DNA of 59,295 nucleotides from Bacteroidia bacterium (GCA_041688385.1 JBDNIH010000127.1:1-59295), one strand, 5' to 3'. Counted from the stretch's first letter, positions 28,602 through 37,411 are shown. The notes: generated by a model not told the origin, from the sequence alone. Numbers and translations are program-made.

Positions 28602-29372
28602 TTAAAGGGCTAATTCTACTACAACGGGGCAATGATCGGAATGATGCACCTGGGGCATAATGGCAGCAGATTTTAAGACAGGTAATAAGGGTTCTGTAAT
28701 AATGTTGTAATCAATGCGCCAACCCTTGTTGTTCACCCTGGCATTCATACGATACGACCACCAAGAATACTGTTGTTTTTCGTTAGGATGCAGGCTACGG
28801 AAACTGTCCACCAAGCCACGGCTTAGGTATTGGGTAAACCATTCCCTTTCTTCGGGTAAAAAACCAGACATAGTCGCATTTCGCACCGGGTCATGAATAT
28901 CGATCGCCTGGTGGCAAATATTGTAATCGCCACAAATCACCAGTTTCGGAAAACGTTGCCTTAAATCAAAGATGTAGTCTTGGAAGAAAGCAAGTAACTT
29001 CATTTTAAACGCCTGACGCTCGTCGCCGCTCGAACCCGACGGTAGATAGACACTGATAACGCTAAAGTCGTTGTAATCGGCGCGCAGCACCCTTCCTTCG
29101 TAATCTATCCAGTCGACACCCGTACCAACTTCTACATGATTTGGTTTTTGCTTACTCAGCAAACCCACACCACTGTAGCCTTTTTTTTCAGCCGTGTGCC
29201 AATAACAATGATAGCCCAGACTTTCGTACAAGGCCATATTAATCTGATCGGGTTGGGCTTTTAGTTCCTGCAAACACAGTATGTCTGGGTTTTCTGTTTG
29301 CATCCAGGTCGATAAACCTTTGTTTTCTGCGGCCCGTATTCCATTCACATTGTAAGAAATTATTTTTATCAT
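28602..29372 (-). CDS. xth: exodeoxyribonuclease III
   Basis: 256 aa. Contains SYNVNGIR, LCLQELK and the C-terminal SDHCPV. Confidence 0.93.
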   Translation of the reverse strand: MIKIISYNVNGIRAAENKGLSTWMQTENPDILCLQELKAQPDQINMALYESLGYHCYWHTAEKKGYSGVGLLSKQKPNHVEVGTGVDWIDYEGRVLRADYNDFSVISVYLPSGSSGDERQAFKMKLLAFFQDYIFDLRQRFPKLVICGDYNICHQAIDIHDPVRNATMSGFLPEEREWFTQYLSRGLVDSFRSLHPNEKQQYSWWSYRMNARVNNKGWRIDYNIITEPLLPVLKSAAIMPQVHHSDHCPVVVELAL

Positions 29373-30043
29373 TTGAGGACTTTCACCGTGACGATACGCA
29401 CATCTTCCAAAGGGCGGTCACCGGGAACAGTAGCCACCTTACCAATGGCATCCAAAACGTCCAATCCCTCCACTACACGTCCATAAATAGTGTAGGCTCC
29501 ATCTAGGTGGGGTGTTCCACCTATAGTTTTATAGATTTCACGCGATTCATCGCTATATTTTTTACCTGATCTCATTTCTAGGCTGTTCAATTCAGCATCA
29601 CTAAAAGTCCGACCTTGAACAATGTAAAACTGACTGCCACTCGATGCTTTTTCTGGATTCACCATATCGCCTGTTCGCGCTGCGGCCAAAGCTCCTTTGC
29701 GGTGAACAAGACTATCTACAAATTCAGCAGGAACGGTATACCCAGGCCCACCCTGTCCAAGTTGTTTGCCTTTTGGCGCAGTACGCGAGTCCGGATCACC
29801 GCCCTGAACCATAAACTCACGGATCACCCGATGAAATAAAAGGCTGTCGTAATATCCTTCTTCGGCTAATTTGATAAAGTTATCGCGGTGTAAAGGCGTT
29901 TCATCATACAATTGCAGCACCATACGGCCTGCGGTAGTTTGCATTTCTATCATGGTAATATTTTTGGCGTTCTTTTTGGATCTCTGAGCGGTCGAATGCA
30001 TACTCATTAGCAGCAAAATCGATAAAATGAGCATTTTTTTCAT
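29369..30043 (-). CDS. cyclophilin-type peptidyl-prolyl cis-trans isomerase, secreted
   Basis: Signal peptide followed by FHRVIREFMVQGGDP and SQFYIV motifs. Confidence 0.92.
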   Translation of the reverse strand: MKKMLILSILLLMSMHSTAQRSKKNAKNITMIEMQTTAGRMVLQLYDETPLHRDNFIKLAEEGYYDSLLFHRVIREFMVQGGDPDSRTAPKGKQLGQGGPGYTVPAEFVDSLVHRKGALAAARTGDMVNPEKASSGSQFYIVQGRTFSDAELNSLEMRSGKKYSDESREIYKTIGGTPHLDGAYTIYGRVVEGLDVLDAIGKVATVPGDRPLEDVRIVTVKVLK

Positions 30044-30054
30044 GTCCGTACTAT

Positions 30055-30408
30055 TTATGCTTCAGGTTTAATAAAATTAATTTCTTCGAAATAATACAGC
30101 GCGTGCGCTACCAGTAGATCTTCTTGTTCTAACAAATTTACACCAGGAACTTTTTTTAAAGCTTTAAAATGTGGCCAGCCTTCTTCATCATTACCGATAT
30201 GCTCATAATACCCCGAAAACATGAGCAAACGACAAACAGCGATATGCATCAGGTCTTGTTTTTCTTCCTTTGTAAATTTACGGAAGCCCTGCCCTAACGC
30301 ATCAACTCCAATAAGATAGAGGACGCTCTGCAAATCAGGTTTTTTACCAAATTCAACTTCTAATTTATCCGTAAGCTGCTCCCAACGAGCATGTAGTTCT
30401 TTTTTCAT
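30055..30408 (-). CDS. conserved hypothetical protein
   Basis: 117-aa ORF with a 4-nt overlap to the upstream gene and coding-like composition. No motif recognised. Confidence 0.55.
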   Translation of the reverse strand: MKKELHARWEQLTDKLEVEFGKKPDLQSVLYLIGVDALGQGFRKFTKEEKQDLMHIAVCRLLMFSGYYEHIGNDEEGWPHFKALKKVPGVNLLEQEDLLVAHALYYFEEINFIKPEA

Positions 30409-31178
30409 TTCAGTTCAAAATTATCACTATCGCGCAAAAAAGGCAACCTATCGCGCGTTTCCAGCAGCAAATCTGCCGAAAGTTCAACTGCCTTCACTGC
30501 AATTTCCTCACCAGCTTGCCACAATACCTCTCCCATTGGATCTATCACACAACTGCAGCCTGAATGTGGTATGCCGTGTCCATCGATACCCGTCCGATTC
30601 ACGCCTATCACATAGCTCTGGTTTTCGATTGCACGCGCAATCAAAAGCTGATTCCAGGCATACACTCTTCGAGACGGCCAGTTAGCAATATTTATAAGCA
30701 AATCATAGCTGTTCTGGTTCCTAGCCCAAACAGGGAAACGTAAATCATAACATATTTGGAAATGAATACGCCAACCAGCAATAGGACAAATTAAAGTTTC
30801 ACTCCCTGCACTAAAAACGTCGTTTTCTCCGGCCAAGCTAAACAAATGACGTTTGTCATATTGCGCCAAAATACCTTCAGCCGACACTACAAGTAGACGA
30901 TTGTAATATTTTCCTTCTTCTTCAACATTGATACTACCCACCACCGTTGTTCTGTAGTCCGTTGCTATTTTACGCATCCATTCAACTACATCACCATCCA
31001 TTTTGTTGGCGGTTTTTGCCGCTTGCATGCTAAAACCAGAGCTGAACATTTCAGGTAAAATAATCAAATCAGTATTGAAAGTAATTATTTCTAATAAGGA
31101 GCTTATCTTATTCAAATTCTGAACTTTATCCTCCCAGATAAGATCGGTTTGAACCAATACTAATTTCAGATTGCGCAT
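30405..31178 (-). CDS. carbon-nitrogen hydrolase family amidohydrolase (omega-amidase/YafV-like)
   Basis: Nitrilase-superfamily pattern: LPEMFSSGF, the catalytic Cys context ICYDLRFP, and NWP. The ATG at 31178 is chosen (MRNLKLVLVQTD). Confidence 0.8.
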   Translation of the reverse strand: MRNLKLVLVQTDLIWEDKVQNLNKISSLLEIITFNTDLIILPEMFSSGFSMQAAKTANKMDGDVVEWMRKIATDYRTTVVGSINVEEEGKYYNRLLVVSAEGILAQYDKRHLFSLAGENDVFSAGSETLICPIAGWRIHFQICYDLRFPVWARNQNSYDLLINIANWPSRRVYAWNQLLIARAIENQSYVIGVNRTGIDGHGIPHSGCSCVIDPMGEVLWQAGEEIAVKAVELSADLLLETRDRLPFLRDSDNFELK

Positions 31179-32311
31179 ATCACCTCCGCGGCTTTTTGCA
31201 AAGTTTCGTCGCTTTTGGCAAAACAAAAACGAACCAATGCAGGTGCATCATTACTCTGTATAAACGGTGAAATTGGAATGACAGCCAAGCCTTTTTCCCG
31301 CACTAACATTTCCGTAAATTCCATATCGTCAGCGCTACTAATCCGATTGTAACGAGCGAGTTGGAAATAAGTAGAAGCAGTCGGTACGAAGTCAAAACGA
31401 CTCTTTTTAACCAGATTCAGGAACAAATCACGTTTCTGCTGGTAAAAATCGGGTAGCTGCTCATAACTTTTGTCTAGTTTCAGAAACGCTGCAAAAGCCC
31501 ACTGTACTGATGTATTGACGGCGAATACATTAAACTGGTGCACCTTCCTAAATTCTTTGGTCAGTTCGTTTGGTGCTATTGCATAACCCACTTTCCAACC
31601 CGTATTATGGTAGGTTTTTCCAAAAGAAGAAACTACAATGGCACGGCCACATAGTTCTGGATGGGTCAACATAGATAAGTGTGTTTTCTTATCAAAAACC
31701 ATGTGTTCGTATACCTCATCGGCAAGGACCACAATCTCCGTATTACGCAGCAAATCAGCTAACTTATCTAGGTCTTCTTTAAGTAAAACTGCACCCGTTG
31801 GATTGTGAGGATTATTCAAAATAACCATACGTGTTCGTGTATTAATCCGCGCACGCAACTGATCCCAGTCATAAGCAAAACGATTCCCATCCCAAAACAT
31901 GGGCAAATGAATCGGCCGTGCACTTTGCACCTTTATAGCGGGTGCATAACAATCGTATGCAGGGTCAAAACAAATTACTTCCTGATCCGGTGATACAAAA
32001 GCTGCTATAGCTGTAAAAATGGCCTGCGTTGCTCCAGCCGTGATAGTAATTTCCGTTTCTGGATCTACATTTTTCTTGTAAAACAGTAATGTCTTCCTTG
32101 CCAATTCTTGACGTAAATCCAATAAACCAGGCATAGGTGCATATTGATTTTGTCCTGACTTCATTGCTTCATACACCTTATCCACCAAAATTGGATTTGG
32201 CTGAAAATCAGGAAAACCCTGGGCAAGATTGATAGCCTTGTAGGTATTGGCCAGCCCTGTCATGACTGAAAAAATACTATTGCCTGTATTGGGAAGTTTG
32301 GTCAGGAACAT
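31166..32311 (-). CDS. class I/II PLP-dependent aminotransferase (YbdL / glutamine transaminase-like)
   Basis: 381 aa. Contains NNPHNPTG and the PLP-lysine context SSFGKTYHNTGWKVGY. Confidence 0.85.
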   Translation of the reverse strand: MFLTKLPNTGNSIFSVMTGLANTYKAINLAQGFPDFQPNPILVDKVYEAMKSGQNQYAPMPGLLDLRQELARKTLLFYKKNVDPETEITITAGATQAIFTAIAAFVSPDQEVICFDPAYDCYAPAIKVQSARPIHLPMFWDGNRFAYDWDQLRARINTRTRMVILNNPHNPTGAVLLKEDLDKLADLLRNTEIVVLADEVYEHMVFDKKTHLSMLTHPELCGRAIVVSSFGKTYHNTGWKVGYAIAPNELTKEFRKVHQFNVFAVNTSVQWAFAAFLKLDKSYEQLPDFYQQKRDLFLNLVKKSRFDFVPTASTYFQLARYNRISSADDMEFTEMLVREKGLAVIPISPFIQSNDAPALVRFCFAKSDETLQKAAEVICAI

Positions 32312-32326
32312 CGCCCAATATCCGAA

Positions 32327-33337
32327 TTAAAGTCCAAAACTTGCTGATAAGTCAAGCATGCGCTGCAATGGCTTGAGCGCTTGCAAACGGAGCTTTTCAT
32401 CCATCAATAACTCAGGTTGTTCATATTTTAGTGCTAAATAGACTTTTTCAAGTGTATTTCTTTTCATGTGCGGACAGTCATTACAAGCACAATGATTGGT
32501 TGGCGGAGCAGGAATAAAAATTTTGTGCGGGGCTGATTTTTTCATTTGATGAAGAATTCCTGCTTCGGTAGCAACGATAAAACTTTTTTTCTCGTTTTTG
32601 ATAGCAAACTGTAACAATGCCGTAGTCGAACCTATAAAATCAGCCATTTGCAGTATTTCAGCTTCACATTCAGGATGTGCAATAAAAGCTGCATCCGGAT
32701 AGTCCATGCGTAATTGGAGTATTTTTTCCATCGAAAAAATCTCATGCACCATGCAGGAACCATTCCAAAGAACGAGATCGCGGCCCGTTTTTTTAGAGAT
32801 ATAGGCACCTAAATTTTTATCTGGAGCAAAGATTATTTTTTGATCTACTGGCAAACTTTCAACGATTTGAACGGCGTTACTTGAAGTACAAATAATATCG
32901 GATAGCGCTTTGATTTCAGCACTGCAGTTCACATAGGTTATCACCAAGTGATCTGGATGATCTGCTTTAAACTTGCTAAATAAATCAGCAGGCGTACTAT
33001 CGGCCAGTGAGCAGCCTGCTTTTAGATCAGGTAATAACACTTTTTTTTGGGGAGAAAGTATCTTAGCCGTTTCTGCCATAAAATGAACGCCAGCAAATAA
33101 AATGATGTCAGCATCGGTAGCAGCTGCTTGCTGTGATAACCCCAGGCTATCTCCAATGTAATCGGCTACGTCTTGAATATCGCCTGTTTGATAATAATGC
33201 GCCAAAAGCACCGCATTTTTTTCTTTTTTTAGTTTATTTATTTCGGCAACCAAATCAAGGGTTGGGTCAACCTCCAGATTTATATAACCTAAAATAGGCA
33301 GCTTATCCACAGCTTTTTTGAGCTTTTCGTTCAGCAT
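32327..33337 (-). CDS. nadA: quinolinate synthase
   Basis: 336 aa. Contains [17 protein letters not shown] and the C-terminal CxxC...MK region. Confidence 0.95.
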   Translation of the reverse strand: MLNEKLKKAVDKLPILGYINLEVDPTLDLVAEINKLKKEKNAVLLAHYYQTGDIQDVADYIGDSLGLSQQAAATDADIILFAGVHFMAETAKILSPQKKVLLPDLKAGCSLADSTPADLFSKFKADHPDHLVITYVNCSAEIKALSDIICTSSNAVQIVESLPVDQKIIFAPDKNLGAYISKKTGRDLVLWNGSCMVHEIFSMEKILQLRMDYPDAAFIAHPECEAEILQMADFIGSTTALLQFAIKNEKKSFIVATEAGILHQMKKSAPHKIFIPAPPTNHCACNDCPHMKRNTLEKVYLALKYEQPELLMDEKLRLQALKPLQRMLDLSASFGL

Positions 33338-33369
33338 CTTTATCCTTTTAATAAAGTATTTAAAATATT

Positions 33370-33464
33370 GGTTGTTATGGTTAGGGGTGTTGAAAGGTGG
33401 ATATTCTCTGTAATTAGCTATTGCGAATATCAGTATTCACCTTTGCGTCTATTTGTTAACAACC
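33370..33464 (-). promoter_or_regulatory. 95-nt three-helix imperfect hairpin in the presumed nadA 5' leader
   Basis: Nested complementary pairs on the + strand: GGTTGTTA 33370-77 / TAACAACC 33457-64; AAAGGTG 33393-99 / CACCTTT 33438-44; GATATTC 33400-06 / GAATATC 33425-31. Confidence 0.4.
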
Positions 33465-33473
33465 ACTATAGGT

Positions 33474-33481
33474 CAAAGTTC
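33474..33481 (-). promoter_or_regulatory. candidate -7-like box GAACTTTG upstream of the nadA leader
   Basis: One mismatch to TAnnTTTG. The same 8-mer sits 22 nt upstream of the nadB start (18407-18414, + strand). Confidence 0.3.
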
Positions 33482-33725
33482 AGTGTTTTTGGCAAGAATG
33501 CGCCCCTTATCCACAAATGTGGATGACGCTTGTACACGGCTTAATTTCATCTTTTCTTGTGGAAGGATTGTGTACATATTGGGTCTTGTTCACTTTTAGT
33601 CGCGGAAAAACTTATAACTATTTCCAATAAATCCAATTGTCCGAAAAACAGAGGGTTTATGCACGGCTTATACAGCTGTCCACACAGCTTTTTATAATTA
33701 CTGTATAAAGATGTGGATAAGCGTT

Positions 33726-34301
33726 TCAGCTGTAGAACTGCTCGCCCACCACATAATCATGAATACTTTCGGGGAGCAGATAACGAACGGAATCACCTGT
33801 TTTTAGGAGCTCACGTATCTTGCTCGAAGAAATTTCTAGCCGGGGAGCGTCTACTAGTCTTACTGAGGGATGGTCGATCAGCTCCGCACTTTTTTCGCCA
33901 ACGCGTGGATAGACTAGTATTGTGTGGTTTTCGAGCAGATATTCATAATTTTTCCACTTCTTAAGACCCACCAGATTGTCTTCTCCCATAATGATAGAAA
34001 AACGGCTTTCTGGAAATTTTTCCTGCAAATGCACGAGTGTATGCACGGTATAATGGGGTGCTTTAAGCTTAAACTCGACATCACTGGCACGAAGCCTGTC
34101 GTTACCCAAAACGGCTCGGTGTACTAGATCGAGCCGATGGTATTGGTCGAGCATGCTATTGCGTATTTTAAACGGGCTTTGCGGGGTGACCACAAACCAG
34201 ACCTCATCCAAATTAGCACGAAACGCAAAATGGTTGGCCAAGATGAGGTGTCCGGTATGAATGGGATTAAAAGTCCCGAAAAAAAGGCCAATTTCTTTCA
34301 T
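33726..34301 (-). CDS. nadD: nicotinate-nucleotide adenylyltransferase
   Basis: 191 aa with GLFFGTFNPIHTGH (the (H/T)xGH motif) and ISSSKIR. Confidence 0.93.
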   Translation of the reverse strand: MKEIGLFFGTFNPIHTGHLILANHFAFRANLDEVWFVVTPQSPFKIRNSMLDQYHRLDLVHRAVLGNDRLRASDVEFKLKAPHYTVHTLVHLQEKFPESRFSIIMGEDNLVGLKKWKNYEYLLENHTILVYPRVGEKSAELIDHPSVRLVDAPRLEISSSKIRELLKTGDSVRYLLPESIHDYVVGEQFYS

Positions 34302-34867
34302 TTAGCGTTTAAAAAGGTGTCGACTAGTTGCACAGCTTCTTTTTTAGCAGCTTCCAACTCATGATTTACAATGACCACGTCAAAAGCGGTTTCAAATTTC
34401 ATTTCCTCTTCCGCTTTTGCCAAGCGCATTGCCAACTTTTCAGGGCTTTCGGTATTGCGGCCGATTAAGCGGTCTCGTAAGATTTCAATCGAGGCTACTT
34501 TTACAAAAACCGCGAGAGCCTCCGGTCCATATTGTTTTTTAATATTGAGCCCACCTTGGACGTCTACATCAAAAATGACGGAATTGCCCTGTTCTAAAAT
34601 TCGGTTGATTTCACTTTTTAACGTGCCATAGTAGGTTCCGGGATAAACCTCTTCCCATTCCACAAAATCACCAGAGGCAATTTTTTCACGAAATTGGTCT
34701 GTATGTATAAAATGATAGTCTTTACTATCGGTTTCATAAGCCCGGCGTTCACGACTGGTGGCGCTAATGCTGAACTGAATATTAGGAAAATGACGCAGCA
34801 AATGGTGAACCAGTGTTGTTTTTCCTGATCCAGAGGGTGCTGAAAATATGAGTAGTTTAGCCGCCAC
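34298..34867 (-). CDS. gmk: guanylate kinase
   Basis: P-loop SAPSGSGKTT plus YHFI and EEVYPGTYYGT. Confidence 0.95.
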   Translation of the reverse strand: MAAKLLIFSAPSGSGKTTLVHHLLRHFPNIQFSISATSRERRAYETDSKDYHFIHTDQFREKIASGDFVEWEEVYPGTYYGTLKSEINRILEQGNSVIFDVDVQGGLNIKKQYGPEALAVFVKVASIEILRDRLIGRNTESPEKLAMRLAKAEEEMKFETAFDVVIVNHELEAAKKEAVQLVDTFLNAK

Positions 34868-34870
34868 GAA

Positions 34871-35737
34871 TTATAAAACGTTCAAAACTTGCTCTTTGAT
34901 TTTCTCAAGCTCATTTTTCATGTCTACTACCAGTTTTTGGATTTCGACATGATTACATTTTGAGCCAAGGGTATTGATTTCACGCCCCATTTCCTGAGCA
35001 ATAAACCCGAGTTTTTTGCCGCCGGATTTCTCGTTTAAACTGCTCTTAAAAAATGCGCAGTGCTGACGCAAACGCTGCTTTTCTTCAGAAACGTCTAATT
35101 TTTCGAGATAAAAGATGAGTTCTTGCTCAAATCGGTTTTGGTCGATTTTTTCCTCTTCAATAAAAGCGTCCAAACCATTTTTCATCCGTTTACGGATGGT
35201 TTCTATTCTCTCTTGTTCAAACGGGTCGATTTTAGACAGCGCTAGCAAAATACGGTCGCTTGAGGCAATCATATCTACACCTGTTTGTTGGCCTTCTGTG
35301 GCTCGGAATTGGTCGAATGCGGCTAGGGCAGCTTGAACAAGCTTTTCTATTGCCGGCCAGCAGCTGTCGTCGGCATGGGAATCGCCACCGGTAATTTCAG
35401 GAAGGCGCAAGACGCTACTTAGAAGATTATCGGTAGGCTGATTAAGCTCTCTGGCAAGATCTTCTAGCTCGTGGAAATAGGCTTTTACGAGGGTTTGATT
35501 GAGTAGTCCACCGCTCTCTGCACCGCTTCTTTCGATGTTTACGCTGAACGTAACCTTTCCGCGTTCGATGGTACTGTTAATAAGGTTCCGGAATTGATAT
35601 TCGCGGTCTTGTACGGTCTTGGCTAGGCGCATGTTTAAGTCTAGAAACTTGCTATTCAGCGAGCGAATTTCTACGGTTGCCTGCCCTATGGGTAGTTGCG
35701 CAGTGGCTTTACCGAAGCCGGTCATGGATTTGATCAT
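34871..35737 (-). CDS. yicC: YicC family protein
   Basis: MIKSMTGFGKA N-terminus from the ATG at 35737, and the C-terminal EMGREINTLGSK and EQVLNV motifs. Confidence 0.88.
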   Translation of the reverse strand: MIKSMTGFGKATAQLPIGQATVEIRSLNSKFLDLNMRLAKTVQDREYQFRNLINSTIERGKVTFSVNIERSGAESGGLLNQTLVKAYFHELEDLARELNQPTDNLLSSVLRLPEITGGDSHADDSCWPAIEKLVQAALAAFDQFRATEGQQTGVDMIASSDRILLALSKIDPFEQERIETIRKRMKNGLDAFIEEEKIDQNRFEQELIFYLEKLDVSEEKQRLRQHCAFFKSSLNEKSGGKKLGFIAQEMGREINTLGSKCNHVEIQKLVVDMKNELEKIKEQVLNVL

Positions 35738-35753
35738 GGGTGCAAAAGTAAGA

Positions 35754-36647
35754 CTAATTCCGTGCCTCGCTGACGAGATATACACCTGCAAAAATCATAA
35801 AGGCAAAAACGACTTGCTCGAGCATGAGCACATCCCTCCCCCAAATCATCGCAATGAGCGTGGCGAGTACGGGTTGCAGATAGATATAGGTGCCTACAAC
35901 CGAGGAGTTGACAAATTTAAGCGCCCACGCGTTCAGCCAATAGGCAACGATTGATATACCGATGATGATATAAGCAAATGCCGACCATTGAACAAGTCCA
36001 AAATCTGTCCAGCGAACAGCTAATGCTTCTTTGAAGCCAAAAGGAAGTACCAGGATGCTACCAAATAAAAACACCCACTTAACTACGGTAAAAGTTGAAT
36101 AGCGCGCCATGAGCGGCCTAACGAGTACAAGATATGTAGCAAATAGGATGGCATTAATCAATATCATAAAATTTCCCCAGCTACTGTTTGCCGGCATGGT
36201 GGCAGCATGATGAGGCGTTCCTATGATGAGTAAAATTGCTCCGGCTGTGCCAAGACCAATGCCAAGCAGTTTGCGCCAGCCAATCTTTTCGGCCTTATAA
36301 AAGGCAGCAACAACCAGTATAAATATGGGCGAGGTAACCATAATTACCGAAGCGTTGATGGGCGAACTAATGGACAGTCCTTTAAAAAAGAGCAGCATAT
36401 TTCCGGCAACACCAAAAAAGGCACAAATTGCCAGTAAACCCAGATCACGTTTTGTTGGGACTTCTTTTTGTTTTCGAACGATCGGATCAACCAGCCAAAA
36501 GAAGGCGGTAGCAATCCAAACCCGCAACAAAATGAAGCCGAAAGGCGCTATCCAAAGCGGCATCAGTTCTTTGGCGATGGTGTAGGAGCCCCCGTACAAC
36601 AGTGCCGTTAAAAACAACGACCCGTGTACCAGCACTTTTTGATTCAT
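35754..36647 (-). CDS. DMT-superfamily (EamA-like) transporter
   Basis: 297 aa with about 10 TM helices arranged as two EamA-like halves. Confidence 0.82.
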   Translation of the reverse strand: MNQKVLVHGSLFLTALLYGGSYTIAKELMPLWIAPFGFILLRVWIATAFFWLVDPIVRKQKEVPTKRDLGLLAICAFFGVAGNMLLFFKGLSISSPINASVIMVTSPIFILVVAAFYKAEKIGWRKLLGIGLGTAGAILLIIGTPHHAATMPANSSWGNFMILINAILFATYLVLVRPLMARYSTFTVVKWVFLFGSILVLPFGFKEALAVRWTDFGLVQWSAFAYIIIGISIVAYWLNAWALKFVNSSVVGTYIYLQPVLATLIAMIWGRDVLMLEQVVFAFMIFAGVYLVSEARN

Positions 36648-36700
36648 CGTGCGAAGGTAAGGGGTCGCCTGATATCAAAAACGATTTGTGCTCGTGCCGC

Positions 36701-37321
36701 TTAAAATAATCGCCAGCCGAGGGATAAAATAAATTGACTTGGCCGTGTACTGGCGGCAAAATTCTGACCCTGTATGGTCACATTATCACTGAGCGCACTA
36801 AAGCTACCTTCATATTTGAAGTCGGCATTGAGCTTCCACAAATCAACGCCAACGCCAATCTGAAAACCCACTGAAGCACTTTTGTACTGACTAGAAACAT
36901 CCTCGGTGATATTTCCCTTGCGCGCATCTGCCTGGAGCAAAGTAGAAAATACCGGCCCAGCGTTAATACGTGCAACGCGAAAAAAACGTTTTCCAAACAT
37001 AACGGGGACATCAATTTTAGCAAAATTCATTTGTGAAATGGCGGTACCGCTGGCCGAAGTAATGGCTATTTCGGAGCTGGTGGAGGTAAAAAGAACCTCT
37101 GGCTGAACATAAAAACCCAATACCATGACTCGGCTATACAAGCCGACATGGAAACCAATCCGCGCATCCGATTGGCTAATCGTTTGCAAATTGGAATTGG
37201 TTACTTGATCGAATTTTAAATTAGAGGAGCTTACGCCAAAACGAGGGCCAAGTTGAAAAAGCTGCGCCTGAATGGTTGTGCTGCATAGCAGCAATAGTAG
37301 TAGCAGGGTGGATTTTCTCAT
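36701..37321 (-). CDS. outer-membrane beta-barrel (porin-family/PorT-like) protein
   Basis: The ATG at 37321 gives the signal peptide MRKSTLLLLLLLCSTTIQAQ. The sequence has an alternating beta-strand pattern and a C-terminal aromatic residue (WRLF). Confidence 0.7.
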   Translation of the reverse strand: MRKSTLLLLLLLCSTTIQAQLFQLGPRFGVSSSNLKFDQVTNSNLQTISQSDARIGFHVGLYSRVMVLGFYVQPEVLFTSTSSEIAITSASGTAISQMNFAKIDVPVMFGKRFFRVARINAGPVFSTLLQADARKGNITEDVSSQYKSASVGFQIGVGVDLWKLNADFKYEGSFSALSDNVTIQGQNFAASTRPSQFILSLGWRLF

Positions 37322-37411
37322 AAAAAATGACGTAAGACTGGGGTGAAAATAAGAAGGCTTTAATTCGTTATTCGCACTAAACGAAAAAAAACACGTTATT
37401 TGTCTATTAAG

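Larger units (their letters stand above)
33303..33720. other. DnaA-box cluster (candidate oriC or DnaA-binding regulatory/titration region)
   Basis: Perfect TTATCCACA boxes lie at 33303-11 (+), 33507-15 (+) and 33712-20 (-). An 8/9 box lies at 33518-26 (-), forming an inverted pair with 33507-15. 7/9 boxes lie at 33396-404, 33657-65 and 33676-84. AT-rich stretches lie at 33338-33380 and about 33541-33650. Confidence 0.5.

Noticed and set aside
33378-33392. Resemblance of CAACACCCC in the nadA leader to the ACANCCCC bulge of the class I NAD+ (nadA-motif) riboswitch
   Set aside because: Only one partial copy is present, with three rather than four C after the variable position. It sits on the 3' side of the helix rather than the 5' side. 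The characteristic tandem-domain arrangement is absent. As far as I recall, that class is reported essentially from Acidobacteria. I kept it only as a generic structured-leader hypothesis.
33713-33964. 83-aa plus-strand ORF starting in the nadA-nadD spacer
   Set aside because: It is mostly antisense to the well-supported nadD gene. Its Arg/His-rich sequence has no motif.
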